Shown: piece by piece, positions 1 through 9,233 of the stretch
How positions within the stretch are numbered: position 1 is the stretch's first letter
Layout of the letters: each line of letters starts with the position of its first letter
Source: Bacteroidaceae bacterium
GTDB taxonomy: Bacteria; Bacteroidota; Bacteroidia; Bacteroidales; Bacteroidaceae
DNA: 64,000 nt
NCBI GenBank assembly: GCA_024400995.1
Contig: JAKSLU010000002.1
Location: 7,677 to 71,676 of the forward strand
Reading direction: 5' to 3'
Made by a program: the position numbers and the translations under genes
Notes under the pieces: model-generated
Database searches by the model: none
Seen by the model: the letters and a program-made list of their open reading frames with translations, nothing else
Told to the model about the DNA's origin: nothing

Positions 1-7
1 GCGGGTA

Positions 8-15
8 CAAAAGTA
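8..15 (-). promoter_or_regulatory. Bacteroidetes -7 promoter element for a gene left of the window
   Basis: Reverse complement reads TACTTTTG, matching TAnnTTTG. Confidence 0.55.
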
Positions 16-86
16 CAAATAAAAAGGGGGATGACCAAGTGTCGCGCCCCTTTTTTCGCGGAATTTTGTTACAGTTTGTTGCTTTC

Positions 87-191
87 GCAGCGTATGGAGT
101 AGGAAAAACTAGTCTATAGACTACGGCACACTAGTGTATAGACTAAGAAAAACTAGTGTATAGACTAGAAAAAACTAGTGTATAGACTAGG
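87..191. repeat. 22-bp-period palindromic minisatellite, copy A
   Basis: CTAGT(C/G)TATAGACTA cores at 109, 131, 153 and 175 with mostly A-rich spacers; a degenerate unit near 87-102. Confidence 0.9.
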
Positions 192-247
192 GACGGCCAG
201 ACCCAAGTAGTCCTCTACTGCTCTGTTAACGAAGTGACAGACAGGAG

Positions 248-880
248 CTAGCGAATGTCGAGGAGTTTGTGCGTCTGGAGAGAGAGTCGCCAGGCAGGAT
301 GTGCGAGACACCAGGCCACGGCGCGCTGCTGAATGAGGCGGTTGCGCTCACAGTCACCCGTATCGCAGGGCTGCACAAGACGGTGCACGGCCTGGATACC
401 AGGATAAGGCTCGGCTGCAGCAAAGGGATCGTCCTCGCCATCGGTCATGACTACTTTGAGTTCATCGCAGTGGGTCAGCACGGGAGTGGCGTTGGGACAA
501 AAGGCATCCTTGGGCGAGCATGTCACCCAGTCCAGTCCCGAGGGCAGAGGGCGGGTGCCGTTGGTCTCTATAGCCAACTCACTGCCATGATCGTGGAGGA
601 CACGGATGAGGGGCTCATCCACATAGAGCGAGGGTTCGCCACCCGTCAGCACGACGAGACGCGAGGCACGATGGGGTGCAGCATGGGCTGCCTCCTCGGC
701 AGCCACGATAGCCTGAGCAATCTCCTCGGCGGTCATGAGCGTGCGAGCCTGATGGTCGGTGTCGCAGAAGGGGCAACGCAGGTTGCAGCCAGAGAGACGC
801 ACGAACACAGCAGGGCGACCAGCATTGACGCCTTCGCCCTGCAGACTATAGAAAATCTCGTTGACGGGATACTGCTTCAT
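248..880 (-). CDS. queE: 7-carboxy-7-deazaguanine synthase (radical SAM)
   Basis: EIFYSLQGEG, CNLRCPFCDT (CxxxCxxC), TGGEP, IETNGT and C-terminal LSLQTHK; adjacent to queD. Confidence 0.93.
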   Translation of the reverse strand: MKQYPVNEIFYSLQGEGVNAGRPAVFVRLSGCNLRCPFCDTDHQARTLMTAEEIAQAIVAAEEAAHAAPHRASRLVVLTGGEPSLYVDEPLIRVLHDHGSELAIETNGTRPLPSGLDWVTCSPKDAFCPNATPVLTHCDELKVVMTDGEDDPFAAAEPYPGIQAVHRLVQPCDTGDCERNRLIQQRAVAWCLAHPAWRLSLQTHKLLDIR

Positions 881-906
881 GGGGAGATGGAGATACGGAC
901 GGCATG

Positions 907-1260
907 TCAGACAGACAGATGTTCGTAGCCAGGCTTAATGTAGGTGGCAGTATTGCCATCGCTCTCCTGAAAACTCACACGGAAGCACTGCGGCACGTTG
1001 TCACAAATCCAGCGGGCCATATTCTCGGCTGTGGGATTGAAGCTAAAGTGGTCGTTGATGCAAGTGTGATCAAAGTGCTGCTTGATGAGGTCCTTGATGT
1101 GATGAAAGTCCACCACCATGCCCTCGGCATTGAGCTCTTCGGCACAGCAGCAGACAGTAATCACACCGTTGTGACCATGCAACTGCGTACAGCCGCTCTC
1201 GTAGGGCAGAGCGAGACGATGGGCATAGCTGACTTCTATTGTTTTCTTGACTAAGTACAC
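907..1260 (-). CDS. queD: 6-carboxy-5,6,7,8-tetrahydropterin synthase
   Basis: AHRL...C..LHGHN, VVDF, DH..IND and NPTAEN motifs; GTG start. Confidence 0.92.
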   Translation of the reverse strand: MYLVKKTIEVSYAHRLALPYESGCTQLHGHNGVITVCCCAEELNAEGMVVDFHHIKDLIKQHFDHTCINDHFSFNPTAENMARWICDNVPQCFRVSFQESDGNTATYIKPGYEHLSV

Positions 1261-1314
1261 GGTAAGAGGTAATGTAGAATGTAAAATTTATAATGTACAA
1301 TCGCGAACGTTCCA

Positions 1315-1797
1315 CTACTCCTTGGACTGACGGAGGAGCACCTGGGCGAGGGCGAAGGCCTTGTCCCAATCCGTATCGAGCGAGAAGGGCGTGAGTTCGT
1401 CGGCTATAATGAAGGACTCCGTAGTTTCCTTGTCAGGGTCGTTCCACAGAGGACACTCCCTGGAGGCCTGCATAAAGAGATATATGCGCTCCTTGCGCTC
1501 TGGTCCCTGCACGTGCAGTATCTCGTTGAAGAAGAGTGTCATGAACTCCGACAGATAGTAGGCCTGCGTGTCGAGGAAGGAAGCCTTGACGGAGTCCGAC
1601 TGCTCAAAGGCTTTGTCGCGCATATAGGTCAAGGCCGTTCGCTTGAACTGCGCCACACGGGTGGCCGTAAAGTTGCTCGTCGGACTGTTCACAACGCGGG
1701 TGGCAGACTGCAGCACCATGTTGAAGACCTCCTGGGCACGGCATTGCATACCGCCTACAAGAAGGAGAGCTAGGAGCGTAAGGATGATTCGTTTCAT
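1315..1797 (-). CDS. Secreted hypothetical protein
   Basis: Signal peptide (MKRIILTLLALLLVGG...AQ), host-like codon usage, co-oriented between ruvC and queD. Confidence 0.8.
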   Translation of the reverse strand: MKRIILTLLALLLVGGMQCRAQEVFNMVLQSATRVVNSPTSNFTATRVAQFKRTALTYMRDKAFEQSDSVKASFLDTQAYYLSEFMTLFFNEILHVQGPERKERIYLFMQASRECPLWNDPDKETTESFIIADELTPFSLDTDWDKAFALAQVLLRQSKE

Positions 1798-1799
1798 GT

Positions 1800-2438
1800 C
1801 TATCTCTTTTGAGTCATACCGCTGATGCGGCTGGCGTTGTTGGCCGCAAACTGAGCCCAGGACTGACTCTTGGTGCGGCGGGTTTCGCCCGTCTTGGTCA
1901 TACTCAGGCCAGAGAGGGCATTCTTTTGCGGATACATGGTGCCCAGATGATGGCAGTAGGCCGCAGCCAGAGCATCGGTGGCGTCAAGGAAAGGTACGGA
2001 CTCTATCGTCTCCTGCGGAATGTTGAGTTGCCGCTGTATGAGTGCAGCCACCTGCTCCTTGGAGGCCGAGCCGCGTCCTGTGATAGCCTGCTTGATCTGC
2101 ATGGGAGCATACTCGTGGATAGGCACCTGCCTAGCCATGGCCGCTGCGATGGCCACACCCTGCGCACGTCCCAGCTTGAGCATAGTCTGGGCGTTCTTGC
2201 CAAAGAAGGGAGCCTCGATGGCCAGCTCGTCAGGCTTGAAGGAGTCGATGATACCCATCACCCGCTCGTAGATGCGACCTAGCTTGAGATAAATATCGGC
2301 CACCTTGCGCATGTCGATGACACCCAAGGTCAGCATCTCGGCCCGCTTGCCCTGCACACGCAGCACGCCATATCCCAACACGTTGGTGCCTGGATCTATA
2401 CCTAGAATGATGCGTTCTGGAACTGTTCGGGTTTGCAT
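1800..2438 (-). CDS. ruvC: Holliday junction resolvase RuvC
   Basis: [28 protein letters not shown] and DATDALA motifs. Confidence 0.96.
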   Translation of the reverse strand: MQTRTVPERIILGIDPGTNVLGYGVLRVQGKRAEMLTLGVIDMRKVADIYLKLGRIYERVMGIIDSFKPDELAIEAPFFGKNAQTMLKLGRAQGVAIAAAMARQVPIHEYAPMQIKQAITGRGSASKEQVAALIQRQLNIPQETIESVPFLDATDALAAAYCHHLGTMYPQKNALSGLSMTKTGETRRTKSQSWAQFAANNASRISGMTQKR

Positions 2439-2457
2439 TCGGAGTGGTAATATGGCG

Positions 2458-2516
2458 CAAAATTACAAAATTATCCTCACACTGAGGCCACATCTCCCTA
2501 TTTTTTATTATCTTTG
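2458..2516. promoter_or_regulatory. Divergent -7 promoter pair (ruvC / DUF1573 operon)
   Basis: TAATTTTG on the minus strand at 2458-2465; TATCTTTG on the plus strand at 2509-2516. Confidence 0.65.
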
Positions 2517-2545
2517 CGGCTCAATTTATATATATTTAATAATAT

Positions 2546-2932
2546 ATGAAGCGGTTATTTTCCCTCCTATCGCTCGCAATGATAGTCATTGCAGCGATGG
2601 CACAGGCGGAGATCAAGTTCGACCAGACCTCCGTCAACTTTGGCACCTTCGCAGAGTCCGAAGTGCAGACATGTGTGTTCACCTTCACCAACGTGGGCAA
2701 CGAGCCCCTCATCATCCACCAGGCCTATAGCAGCTGCGGCTGCACCGTGCCCAGTTTCAGCAAGGAGCCCGTCAAGCCCGGCGAGAAGGGTCAGATCAAG
2801 GTGACCTACAATGGTGCTGGCAAGTTCCCTGGCGCCTTCAAGAAGCCCGTCACCGTGCGCACCAATGCCACGCAGGCCATTGTTCGTATCTACATCCAGG
2901 GCGACATGACCGTGCAGGACAAAAAAGACTAA
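2546..2932 (+). CDS. DUF1573 domain protein
   Basis: Signal peptide, then FTFTNVGNEPLII..SSCGCTVP..KEPVKPGEKGQI. Confidence 0.88.
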   Translation: MKRLFSLLSLAMIVIAAMAQAEIKFDQTSVNFGTFAESEVQTCVFTFTNVGNEPLIIHQAYSSCGCTVPSFSKEPVKPGEKGQIKVTYNGAGKFPGAFKKPVTVRTNATQAIVRIYIQGDMTVQDKKD

Positions 2933-2955
2933 TTTGCTAATTCGCTAACTTACCA

Positions 2956-4008
2956 ATGACACACCACAACCATCTGGTCATCATGGCTGGAGGCATAGGC
3001 ACTCGGTTTTGGCCCTTGAGTGTAGAGGAGCGCCCCAAGCAGTTCCTCGACATTACGGGTTGTGGCCGTACTATGTTGCAGCTCACGCTGGACCGATTTG
3101 AGGGCATCGTACCCATGCAGAACGTGTGGGTCGTCACCCTGGCGCAGTATGCCGACCTTGTGCGCGAGCAACTGCCCGAGCTGCCTGAACAGAACCTCCT
3201 GCTGGAACCCTGCGGACGCAACACCGCGCCTTGCATCTGCTATGTCAGTTGGAAAATCAAGAAGCGCGACCCGCGTGCCAACATTGTCGTCACACCGAGC
3301 GACCACAAGGTGGAGCGCCCAGAGGCCTTCCGCGAGGCCATTGAGGACGCACTGGAGTTTGCCGCCGAGACCGACGCCATGGTCACCCTCGGCATGAAGG
3401 CTACTCGCCCCGAGACGGGCTATGGCTACATCAAGGCCGACCTCAGCTTTGCCTCCTCTCGCCGCAAGACCATCTACCGTGTGGATGGATTCAAGGAAAA
3501 GCCCACTCTGGAGCGCGCTCAGGAGTACTATGCGCAGAACAGCTACTTCTGGAACTCAGGCCTGTTCGTCTGGAACGTCAGCACGATCGTCAACGCCTTC
3601 CGCGTCTATCAGCCAGAGATGTCGCGCCTGTTTGAGCGCCTGCTCTCCGTATATGACACCCCTGAGGAGCGCACCTGCATAGAGGACGTTTACCCTCAGT
3701 GTGAGAAGATCAGCGTGGACTATGCCATCATGGAGAAAGCCGAGGAGATCTTTGTTCGTCCCTCCGACTTTGGTTGGAGCGACCTAGGTACATGGAACTC
3801 CCTCCGCGAGCAACTCCCTCGGGACGAGCGCGGCAACGCCTGCGTGGGCGAGGTAGCTCTCTTTGACACCCACAACTGCATTGTCCACGCTAGTGGTGAG
3901 CGCAAGGTGGTCGTGCAGGGACTGGACGGCTACGTCGTATGCGAGAAGGATGGTGTTCTCCTCATCTGCAAGCTCTCTGAGGAGCAGCGAATCAAGCTCT
4001 TTCATTAG
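2956..4008 (+). CDS. manC: Mannose-1-phosphate guanylyltransferase
   Basis: IMAGGIGTRFWPLS..PKQF, EPCGRNTAP, PETGYGYI, WNSG, SVDYAIME and WSDLGTW. Confidence 0.9.
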   Translation: MTHHNHLVIMAGGIGTRFWPLSVEERPKQFLDITGCGRTMLQLTLDRFEGIVPMQNVWVVTLAQYADLVREQLPELPEQNLLLEPCGRNTAPCICYVSWKIKKRDPRANIVVTPSDHKVERPEAFREAIEDALEFAAETDAMVTLGMKATRPETGYGYIKADLSFASSRRKTIYRVDGFKEKPTLERAQEYYAQNSYFWNSGLFVWNVSTIVNAFRVYQPEMSRLFERLLSVYDTPEERTCIEDVYPQCEKISVDYAIMEKAEEIFVRPSDFGWSDLGTWNSLREQLPRDERGNACVGEVALFDTHNCIVHASGERKVVVQGLDGYVVCEKDGVLLICKLSEEQRIKLFH

Positions 4009-4043
4009 GTTCTATGTTTTTGAGGTCTTGAGGTCACAGACTG

Positions 4044-5120
4044 ATGAGTACTCCCCTATCCAACACGCTGGCTCTATGGTATGCCGAGCATGGGCGCGAC
4101 CTGCCGTGGCGCCAGCCCTCCGAGATCTGTGACCAGCGCCCCGATGCCTACCGTGTGTGGCTCAGTGAGATTATCCTCCAGCAGACCACCGTCCGACAGG
4201 GCACGGCCTATTATCTACGCTTTGTCCAGCGCTGGCCCAGCGTCAGCGATCTGGCTGCCGCCAGCGAGGACGAGGTGCTACGGGAGTGGCAGGGACTGGG
4301 TTACTACTCCCGAGCCCGCAATCTTCACCGAGCCGCTCAACTTATTGCCCAGAGTGGGAGTTTTCCCTCCACCTATGCAGAGCTACGCGCCCTGCCGGGA
4401 GTAGGTCCCTACACCGCAGCCGCCATCGCCTCTATCGCCTATGGACTGCCCCATGCCGTGGTCGATGGCAACGTCTATCGTGTTCTCTCCCGCTACTATG
4501 GCATCGACACGCCCATCGATACACCAGAGGGGCGCCGCCTCTTTGCCCAGCTAGCACAGGAGGAACTTGACCTACATGATCCTGCCCGCCACAACCAGGC
4601 TCTCATGGACTTTGGTGCCACACAGTGCACACCCCACTCGCCCCGCTGCGAGTCCTGCCCCCTCTCCTCAGGTTGTCAGGCACTGGCAGCAGGCCACGTA
4701 GATATCCTGCCCGTCAAGGCCCGCCGCACTCAGGTACAGCAACTTACCCTGCACTACGTTCTTGTCCACACCCCCTCAGGACTCTACCTGCGCCAGCGCC
4801 CTCAGCGCGGCATCTGGGCCCGCCTCTGGGAACTACCCACCTTCGATGCCGTTTCAACACTCCTCAGCCCCCGCTCAGTCCGCTCTTTACCAGAGTCTCC
4901 TTCGGTTTGGTCCCTGCCGGAGTCTCCGGCAGACTTAGGCACCTACCATCATCAACTCACCCACCGCGCCATCACCTGCCATGCTTCTGTGCTGGCAGTG
5001 CCCGAGGGTACACAGGTGGCAGACTATATCCACATCAGTTGGGAGGAACTGGATGACTACGCCCTCCCCCGACTCATCCTAAACATCATCGCACAATGGA
5101 GAAACAAGCACTCCGCATAG
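4044..5120 (+). CDS. mutY: A/G-specific adenine glycosylase
   Basis: RDLPWR, SEIILQQT, WQGLGYYSRARN, HhH LPGVGPYTA, VDGNV and the Fe-S motif CTPHSPRCESCPLSSGC. Confidence 0.95.
   Translation: MSTPLSNTLALWYAEHGRDLPWRQPSEICDQRPDAYRVWLSEIILQQTTVRQGTAYYLRFVQRWPSVSDLAAASEDEVLREWQGLGYYSRARNLHRAAQLIAQSGSFPSTYAELRALPGVGPYTAAAIASIAYGLPHAVVDGNVYRVLSRYYGIDTPIDTPEGRRLFAQLAQEELDLHDPARHNQALMDFGATQCTPHSPRCESCPLSSGCQALAAGHVDILPVKARRTQVQQLTLHYVLVHTPSGLYLRQRPQRGIWARLWELPTFDAVSTLLSPRSVRSLPESPSVWSLPESPADLGTYHHQLTHRAITCHASVLAVPEGTQVADYIHISWEELDDYALPRLILNIIAQWRNKHSA
4875..4933 (+). repeat. 27-bp tandem duplication with a palindrome inside mutY
   Basis: Encodes SVRSLPESP-SVWSLPESP; the second copy contains CTGCCGGAG-T-CTCCGGCAG. 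Confidence 0.7.
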
Positions 5121-6052
5121 TCTATATGGGAACGCCCGACTTTGCTGTCGAGCCCCTCCGCTGCCTCGTAGAGGGCGGCTACAACGTGGTCGGCGTCATC
5201 ACCATGCCCGACAAGCCCATCGGTCGCCACCAGACGCAACTCTCGCAGAGCCCCGTCAAGCAGTATGCCACGAGCCAGGGCCTCCGCGTCCTACAGCCCG
5301 AACGCCTCAAGGACGAAACCTTCATTCAGGATCTGCGTAGCCTGCAGGCCGATTTGCAGATAGTCGTTGCCTTCCGTATGCTGCCGGAGGTGGTATGGCA
5401 GATGCCCCGTCTCGGCACCTTCAACCTCCATGCCTCCCTCCTCCCTCGCTATCGTGGTGCAGCCCCCATCAACTGGGCCATCATCAACGGCGACGAGGAG
5501 ACGGGTATCACCACCTTCTTCCTCCAGCACGCCATCGACACCGGCAACGTCATCCAGCAGGAGCGCGTACCCATCGGCCCCGAGGACAACGCTGAGACCA
5601 TCCACGATCGCCTCATGCTGCTCGGTGGCCGTCTCGTCGTAGAGACCGTTGACAACATACTGGCCGACCGCGTTCACCCCATCCCCCAGGAGGAGATGAC
5701 CCTCCCCGTGGCCGACTATCAGCGCCAGGCCCCCAAGATCTTCAAGGACACCTGCCGCATAGACTGGCAGCAGCCCGCCGAGCAGACCCACAACCACATC
5801 CGCGGTCTCTCCCCCTATCCTGGCGCCTGGAGCGAATTCGAGATAGGCGGTCGCCAGCAGGTGCTCAAGATATATTGTAGCCGCCGAGTAGAGGGCATGA
5901 GCCAGCATCCTGTAGGAACGCTCTTTGCCGCCGACGGTCATCTCTACGTTCAGCAGCCCGACGCTCTACAGGAGTTGCTCCAAGTCCAGCTCTCTGGAAA
6001 GAAGCGCATGGCCGCCGCCGACTTTCTGCGCGGCATACGCCTCTCCGAATAG
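5096..6052 (+). CDS. fmt: Methionyl-tRNA formyltransferase
   Basis: YMGTPDFA, NLHASLLPRYRGAAPI and IRGLSPYPGAW; overlaps the 3' end of mutY. Confidence 0.96.
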   Translation: MEKQALRIVYMGTPDFAVEPLRCLVEGGYNVVGVITMPDKPIGRHQTQLSQSPVKQYATSQGLRVLQPERLKDETFIQDLRSLQADLQIVVAFRMLPEVVWQMPRLGTFNLHASLLPRYRGAAPINWAIINGDEETGITTFFLQHAIDTGNVIQQERVPIGPEDNAETIHDRLMLLGGRLVVETVDNILADRVHPIPQEEMTLPVADYQRQAPKIFKDTCRIDWQQPAEQTHNHIRGLSPYPGAWSEFEIGGRQQVLKIYCSRRVEGMSQHPVGTLFAADGHLYVQQPDALQELLQVQLSGKKRMAAADFLRGIRLSE

Positions 6053-6096
6053 ATGTGCCTCTTTGATGACTGTGAGCCCGGTGCCCTCTACACTAT

Positions 6097-9000
6097 CTAC
6101 TTCTTGGGATTCTTGTTCCAGCGGTAGGAGATGTGGAGCATCACATAGGAAGGGAGGGAGTTGACCCAGGTTTCGGTGATGCCCTGGGCGTTGATGGTGC
6201 GGCGGGTGTTGCTGAGCTGACGCAGGAGGTCGTGCCCTTTGAGTTTGAGATTCCATTGTCCCTGACGGCCAAAGGCGCGGGAGAGCTGGGCATTCCACAC
6301 AAGGACATTCTCGTTCATCGAGGCATCGTCGTAGCCGCGCAGATGGCGCATACTCAGGTCGGAGGCAAGGGAGAGACCCAGCCAGAAGTTATTGGCAGCC
6401 AGGCGGCCCCCATAGGTATAGGAGTAGGTCGTGCGGTCCCTGAAGTTCTGGCGCTCGGAAGCAGCATGCTCTATGCCGATGTTGCCCATAAGGCTGGCAG
6501 TCACCTTGCCTCGCGTGTAGCTCACATTGAGCCCCTGGCTACCCGAGGTGTTGCGCACGACAGAGCGCACGGCACTACTGACGCCATCGGGAGAGATAAG
6601 ATCGACGCTGTTGTTGTAACTCGCATTCGTTGAGGTACTGAAGGAGAAGGGACTCTCCTTGGGTGTAAAGGTCATATACAGGCCACCGTTGAGACTCCAG
6701 TTGCCGTTCACATTCTCAGGACGATAGGTATAGACGCCCGTCTCGGGGTCGTAGGTCATAGCCTGTGCCACCTGGTGCTGACGGCGGTAGTAGGAGAGGT
6801 GGGAACTGATGGAGCGGCGGTTGCTATAGAGATGCTGGCGGAAGCTGAGCGAGTGAGTGAGCCCCCTGTGCAGATGGGCGTTGCCCAGGGTGACACGCAG
6901 CGGGTCGCTGGCATCGCGCACATCGAGGAGGTAGCTGATGTCGGGCGCATCATTCGACAGACCATAGGACAGGCTCAGGTAGCCACGGTCTCGGCCGTCC
7001 TTCACGCCTATACCCCGGTATCTATAGGACACGCTGGCTGTGGGCGAAATGGCCAGAAAGTGCCGCTTCACCTCCAGCTGCTCGGCGCGGGTGTCGGAGC
7101 GACGGTCGTAGGAGTAGATGAGGTCGGGCTTAAGGACGAAGCCCAGTCTCTTGCCGCTATACTCCAGGCGGGGCATGAGCATGTGGCAGTCTTCACGGGT
7201 CTTGGCGCGGTAGGTGTTGTCCATATCAATGGCTATGCTGCGCCAGTCGCTGGTGGAGGGCAGGACGAAGAGGTCGGGAGCTTGCTCCGCGTCAGCCCAC
7301 TCTTCGTCCAGATGGTCGAGGCGATAGTAGTCGCGCGTGTGCTTGACGACATTCTTGACATGCTGATAGCCGACGTAGCTGCTGAACTTGCCAAAGCGAT
7401 GGAGCGTGTATTTGACATCTAGCACGGAGTGGTAGTCCTGTGAAGGCATGAAGAGGTAGCGGTTCTGGAAGTTCTCGGCTTCCGAGCCGCTGCGCATCTC
7501 CAGCGCATATTGCTCGCTTTTCTCCAGGTTCTGATGCTTGTACTGCTGATACAGATTGATGCTGATGTTATTGCCCGTCCATGGTGAGCGGAAGGTGGTG
7601 CCGAGGCGAACCACCTCCCACCAAAAGTCTTCCCGACTGGCATAGAGCAGCGAGGTGCGGTTGACCAGCATCTGCTGCAGGCGGGGCGAATAGGGCGCAA
7701 GGTAGCCGTCATAGCGCGTGCTGCCAAAGATGCTATCGAGCGCAGCGCCACGATGGGAGTCCATGGGGTCAGCATCAAACTGCGCCGTGAGGCTCATGCC
7801 ATCGTTGTTGCGGCGAAAGAAGTCCACGCCAGGCTTGAAGTAGAAGTAAGCCTTCTTGCCCTGCCAGTTGAGGGTGTTGTTCCACACCAGGTGGAAGCGG
7901 TCGTGCGTGTTCTTGTTGCGGCTACGGCTGAAGACATCGCCCGTGGGGAGGAAGGTCGTAGAGGAGGTCTCTCGCTCGCTATCGGTGGTCTCCTGTACAG
8001 CCTGCAGGTTGAGGTTGTACTTGAGTTTGGACTTCTTGCCGTCCACGCTGAAGTCCAGCGCCCCGAGCTTCATCGTCGTCACACCGTCATCTGGTGTCCA
8101 CGAACTGCTCCAGTCGCCATCACTACTGGCGGTGCCCGTGTCGTTGATATTGTTGAAGTTGGCAAACACGCCCAGCCTGGTATGGTCCGAGAAGTGCAAG
8201 CCGAATAGCCTTGCCAGCCAGGCCCATTTCCCATCAAGGGCGCTCACTCCCCTCCCTCCATGGGAGGGGTCGGGGGTGGGTCTTGGCCCTGCAGCAAGTT
8301 CCGCATTCGTAATCCAGCCGTGGCTGTACTGCTTGCGCAGGCGCACATCGAGCACCTTGCCCCAACTCAGCGTGTCCTCGTGCGTCCAGTCCTTGCGCAG
8401 ATAGGCATCCTCGGGAGCGCGGTGATAGATGCGCAGGTCCTTGACGGTATAGGCGGGGAGGTTCTTGAGGGCAACGGTGGCATCGCCCTTGAAGAAGTCC
8501 TTGCCGTTGAGCAGCAGTTCGGGGACATACTCGCCGTTCTGATAGATCCGTGAGCCGCGTATCTCCAGGCCCGGCATCATGGCTACGAGGGCATCGAGCA
8601 TGGAGCCCTCCGCCAGCTGGAAGGCATCGGCATTGTAGATCACCGTGTCGCCGCGCGTCACCATCTTGACCTTAGTGGCACGCACCACCGCCTCGCCCAG
8701 TTCGTAGCGGCGCGTCCTGTCCATGAGCACGTTCTTGACCTCCCACGTCTCCGTGGGGCGTCCGTAGCGGCGCGCAGGAATGGTGACCTGCACCTCCTTT
8801 TCCTTATATCCCGCGCGGGAGAGCACGAGGGTGTAGGTGCCCGGCAACGCCTCGAGGGTGTACATACGACGCTTGACCGGGGGCTGGTACTTGTTGATCA
8901 TGCGGATCTGCTCCTCGCTGTAGTCGGGATTCGAGGCAGGATCGGCGATGAGGTCCCGGCTGATGGTACGTCCCGAGATGAGCGCCTGCAGCTCTACGCT

Positions 9001-9132
9001 GACGCTGTCCAGATACTCGCGTGTGTAGCTATCGAGCACGTTGCCCGTGATCACCACGCTGTCGGTCTTCTCCTCTGCCCACAGGCTGGTGGCGAGGAGC
9101 GCGAGGAGGGTGAATAGTAGATTGCGTTTCAT
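6097..9132 (-). CDS. Large outer-membrane beta-barrel protein, paralog 1 (N-terminal carboxypeptidase-regulatory-like domain)
   Basis: Signal peptide from ATG 9132 (MKRNLL); GDTVIYNADAF..GSMLDALV..PG, LLNGKDFFKGD and NLPAYTV plug-like region; C-terminal HDLLRQ..YVMLHISYRW strand. Confidence 0.8.
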   Translation of the reverse strand: MKRNLLFTLLALLATSLWAEEKTDSVVITGNVLDSYTREYLDSVSVELQALISGRTISRDLIADPASNPDYSEEQIRMINKYQPPVKRRMYTLEALPGTYTLVLSRAGYKEKEVQVTIPARRYGRPTETWEVKNVLMDRTRRYELGEAVVRATKVKMVTRGDTVIYNADAFQLAEGSMLDALVAMMPGLEIRGSRIYQNGEYVPELLLNGKDFFKGDATVALKNLPAYTVKDLRIYHRAPEDAYLRKDWTHEDTLSWGKVLDVRLRKQYSHGWITNAELAAGPRPTPDPSHGGRGVSALDGKWAWLARLFGLHFSDHTRLGVFANFNNINDTGTASSDGDWSSSWTPDDGVTTMKLGALDFSVDGKKSKLKYNLNLQAVQETTDSERETSSTTFLPTGDVFSRSRNKNTHDRFHLVWNNTLNWQGKKAYFYFKPGVDFFRRNNDGMSLTAQFDADPMDSHRGAALDSIFGSTRYDGYLAPYSPRLQQMLVNRTSLLYASREDFWWEVVRLGTTFRSPWTGNNISINLYQQYKHQNLEKSEQYALEMRSGSEAENFQNRYLFMPSQDYHSVLDVKYTLHRFGKFSSYVGYQHVKNVVKHTRDYYRLDHLDEEWADAEQAPDLFVLPSTSDWRSIAIDMDNTYRAKTREDCHMLMPRLEYSGKRLGFVLKPDLIYSYDRRSDTRAEQLEVKRHFLAISPTASVSYRYRGIGVKDGRDRGYLSLSYGLSNDAPDISYLLDVRDASDPLRVTLGNAHLHRGLTHSLSFRQHLYSNRRSISSHLSYYRRQHQVAQAMTYDPETGVYTYRPENVNGNWSLNGGLYMTFTPKESPFSFSTSTNASYNNSVDLISPDGVSSAVRSVVRNTSGSQGLNVSYTRGKVTASLMGNIGIEHAASERQNFRDRTTYSYTYGGRLAANNFWLGLSLASDLSMRHLRGYDDASMNENVLVWNAQLSRAFGRQGQWNLKLKGHDLLRQLSNTRRTINAQGITETWVNSLPSYVMLHISYRWNKNPKK
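8246..8282. repeat. REP-like palindromic element in frame within barrel gene 1
   Basis: ACTCCCCTCCC-TCCAT-GGGAGGGG-TCGGGGGTGGGTC; encodes RPTPDPSHGGRG in a segment about 12 aa longer than in paralog 2. Confidence 0.7.
9093..9132 (-). repeat. 40-bp direct repeat, copy 1 (5' end of barrel gene 1)
   Basis: 37 of 40 bases identical to 12870-12909. Confidence 0.85.
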
Positions 9133-9205
9133 GGGTAAATTGGATTGTTTGATGCGAAATATGCAATAATCAGACGAAAAACTTGCGAATTCCAAAATTT
9201 TGTGG

Positions 9206-9213
9206 TACTTTTG
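9206..9213 (+). promoter_or_regulatory. -7 promoter of higBA
   Basis: TACTTTTG 20 nt upstream of ATG 9234. Confidence 0.65.
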
Positions 9214-9233
9214 CCGCCAAAACCAAACTAATC

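Noticed and set aside
87..191. 22-bp arrays as CRISPR arrays (also at 20355, 34995, 51472 and 62410)
   Set aside because: Spacers are only about 6-8 bp and not unique, the period is far too short, and no cas gene is in the window.
248..1260. queE-queD as part of a 7-deazaguanine DNA-modification (dpd) island
   Set aside because: No dpdA/tgt paralog or helicase is nearby; housekeeping context next to ruvC fits queuosine precursor synthesis.
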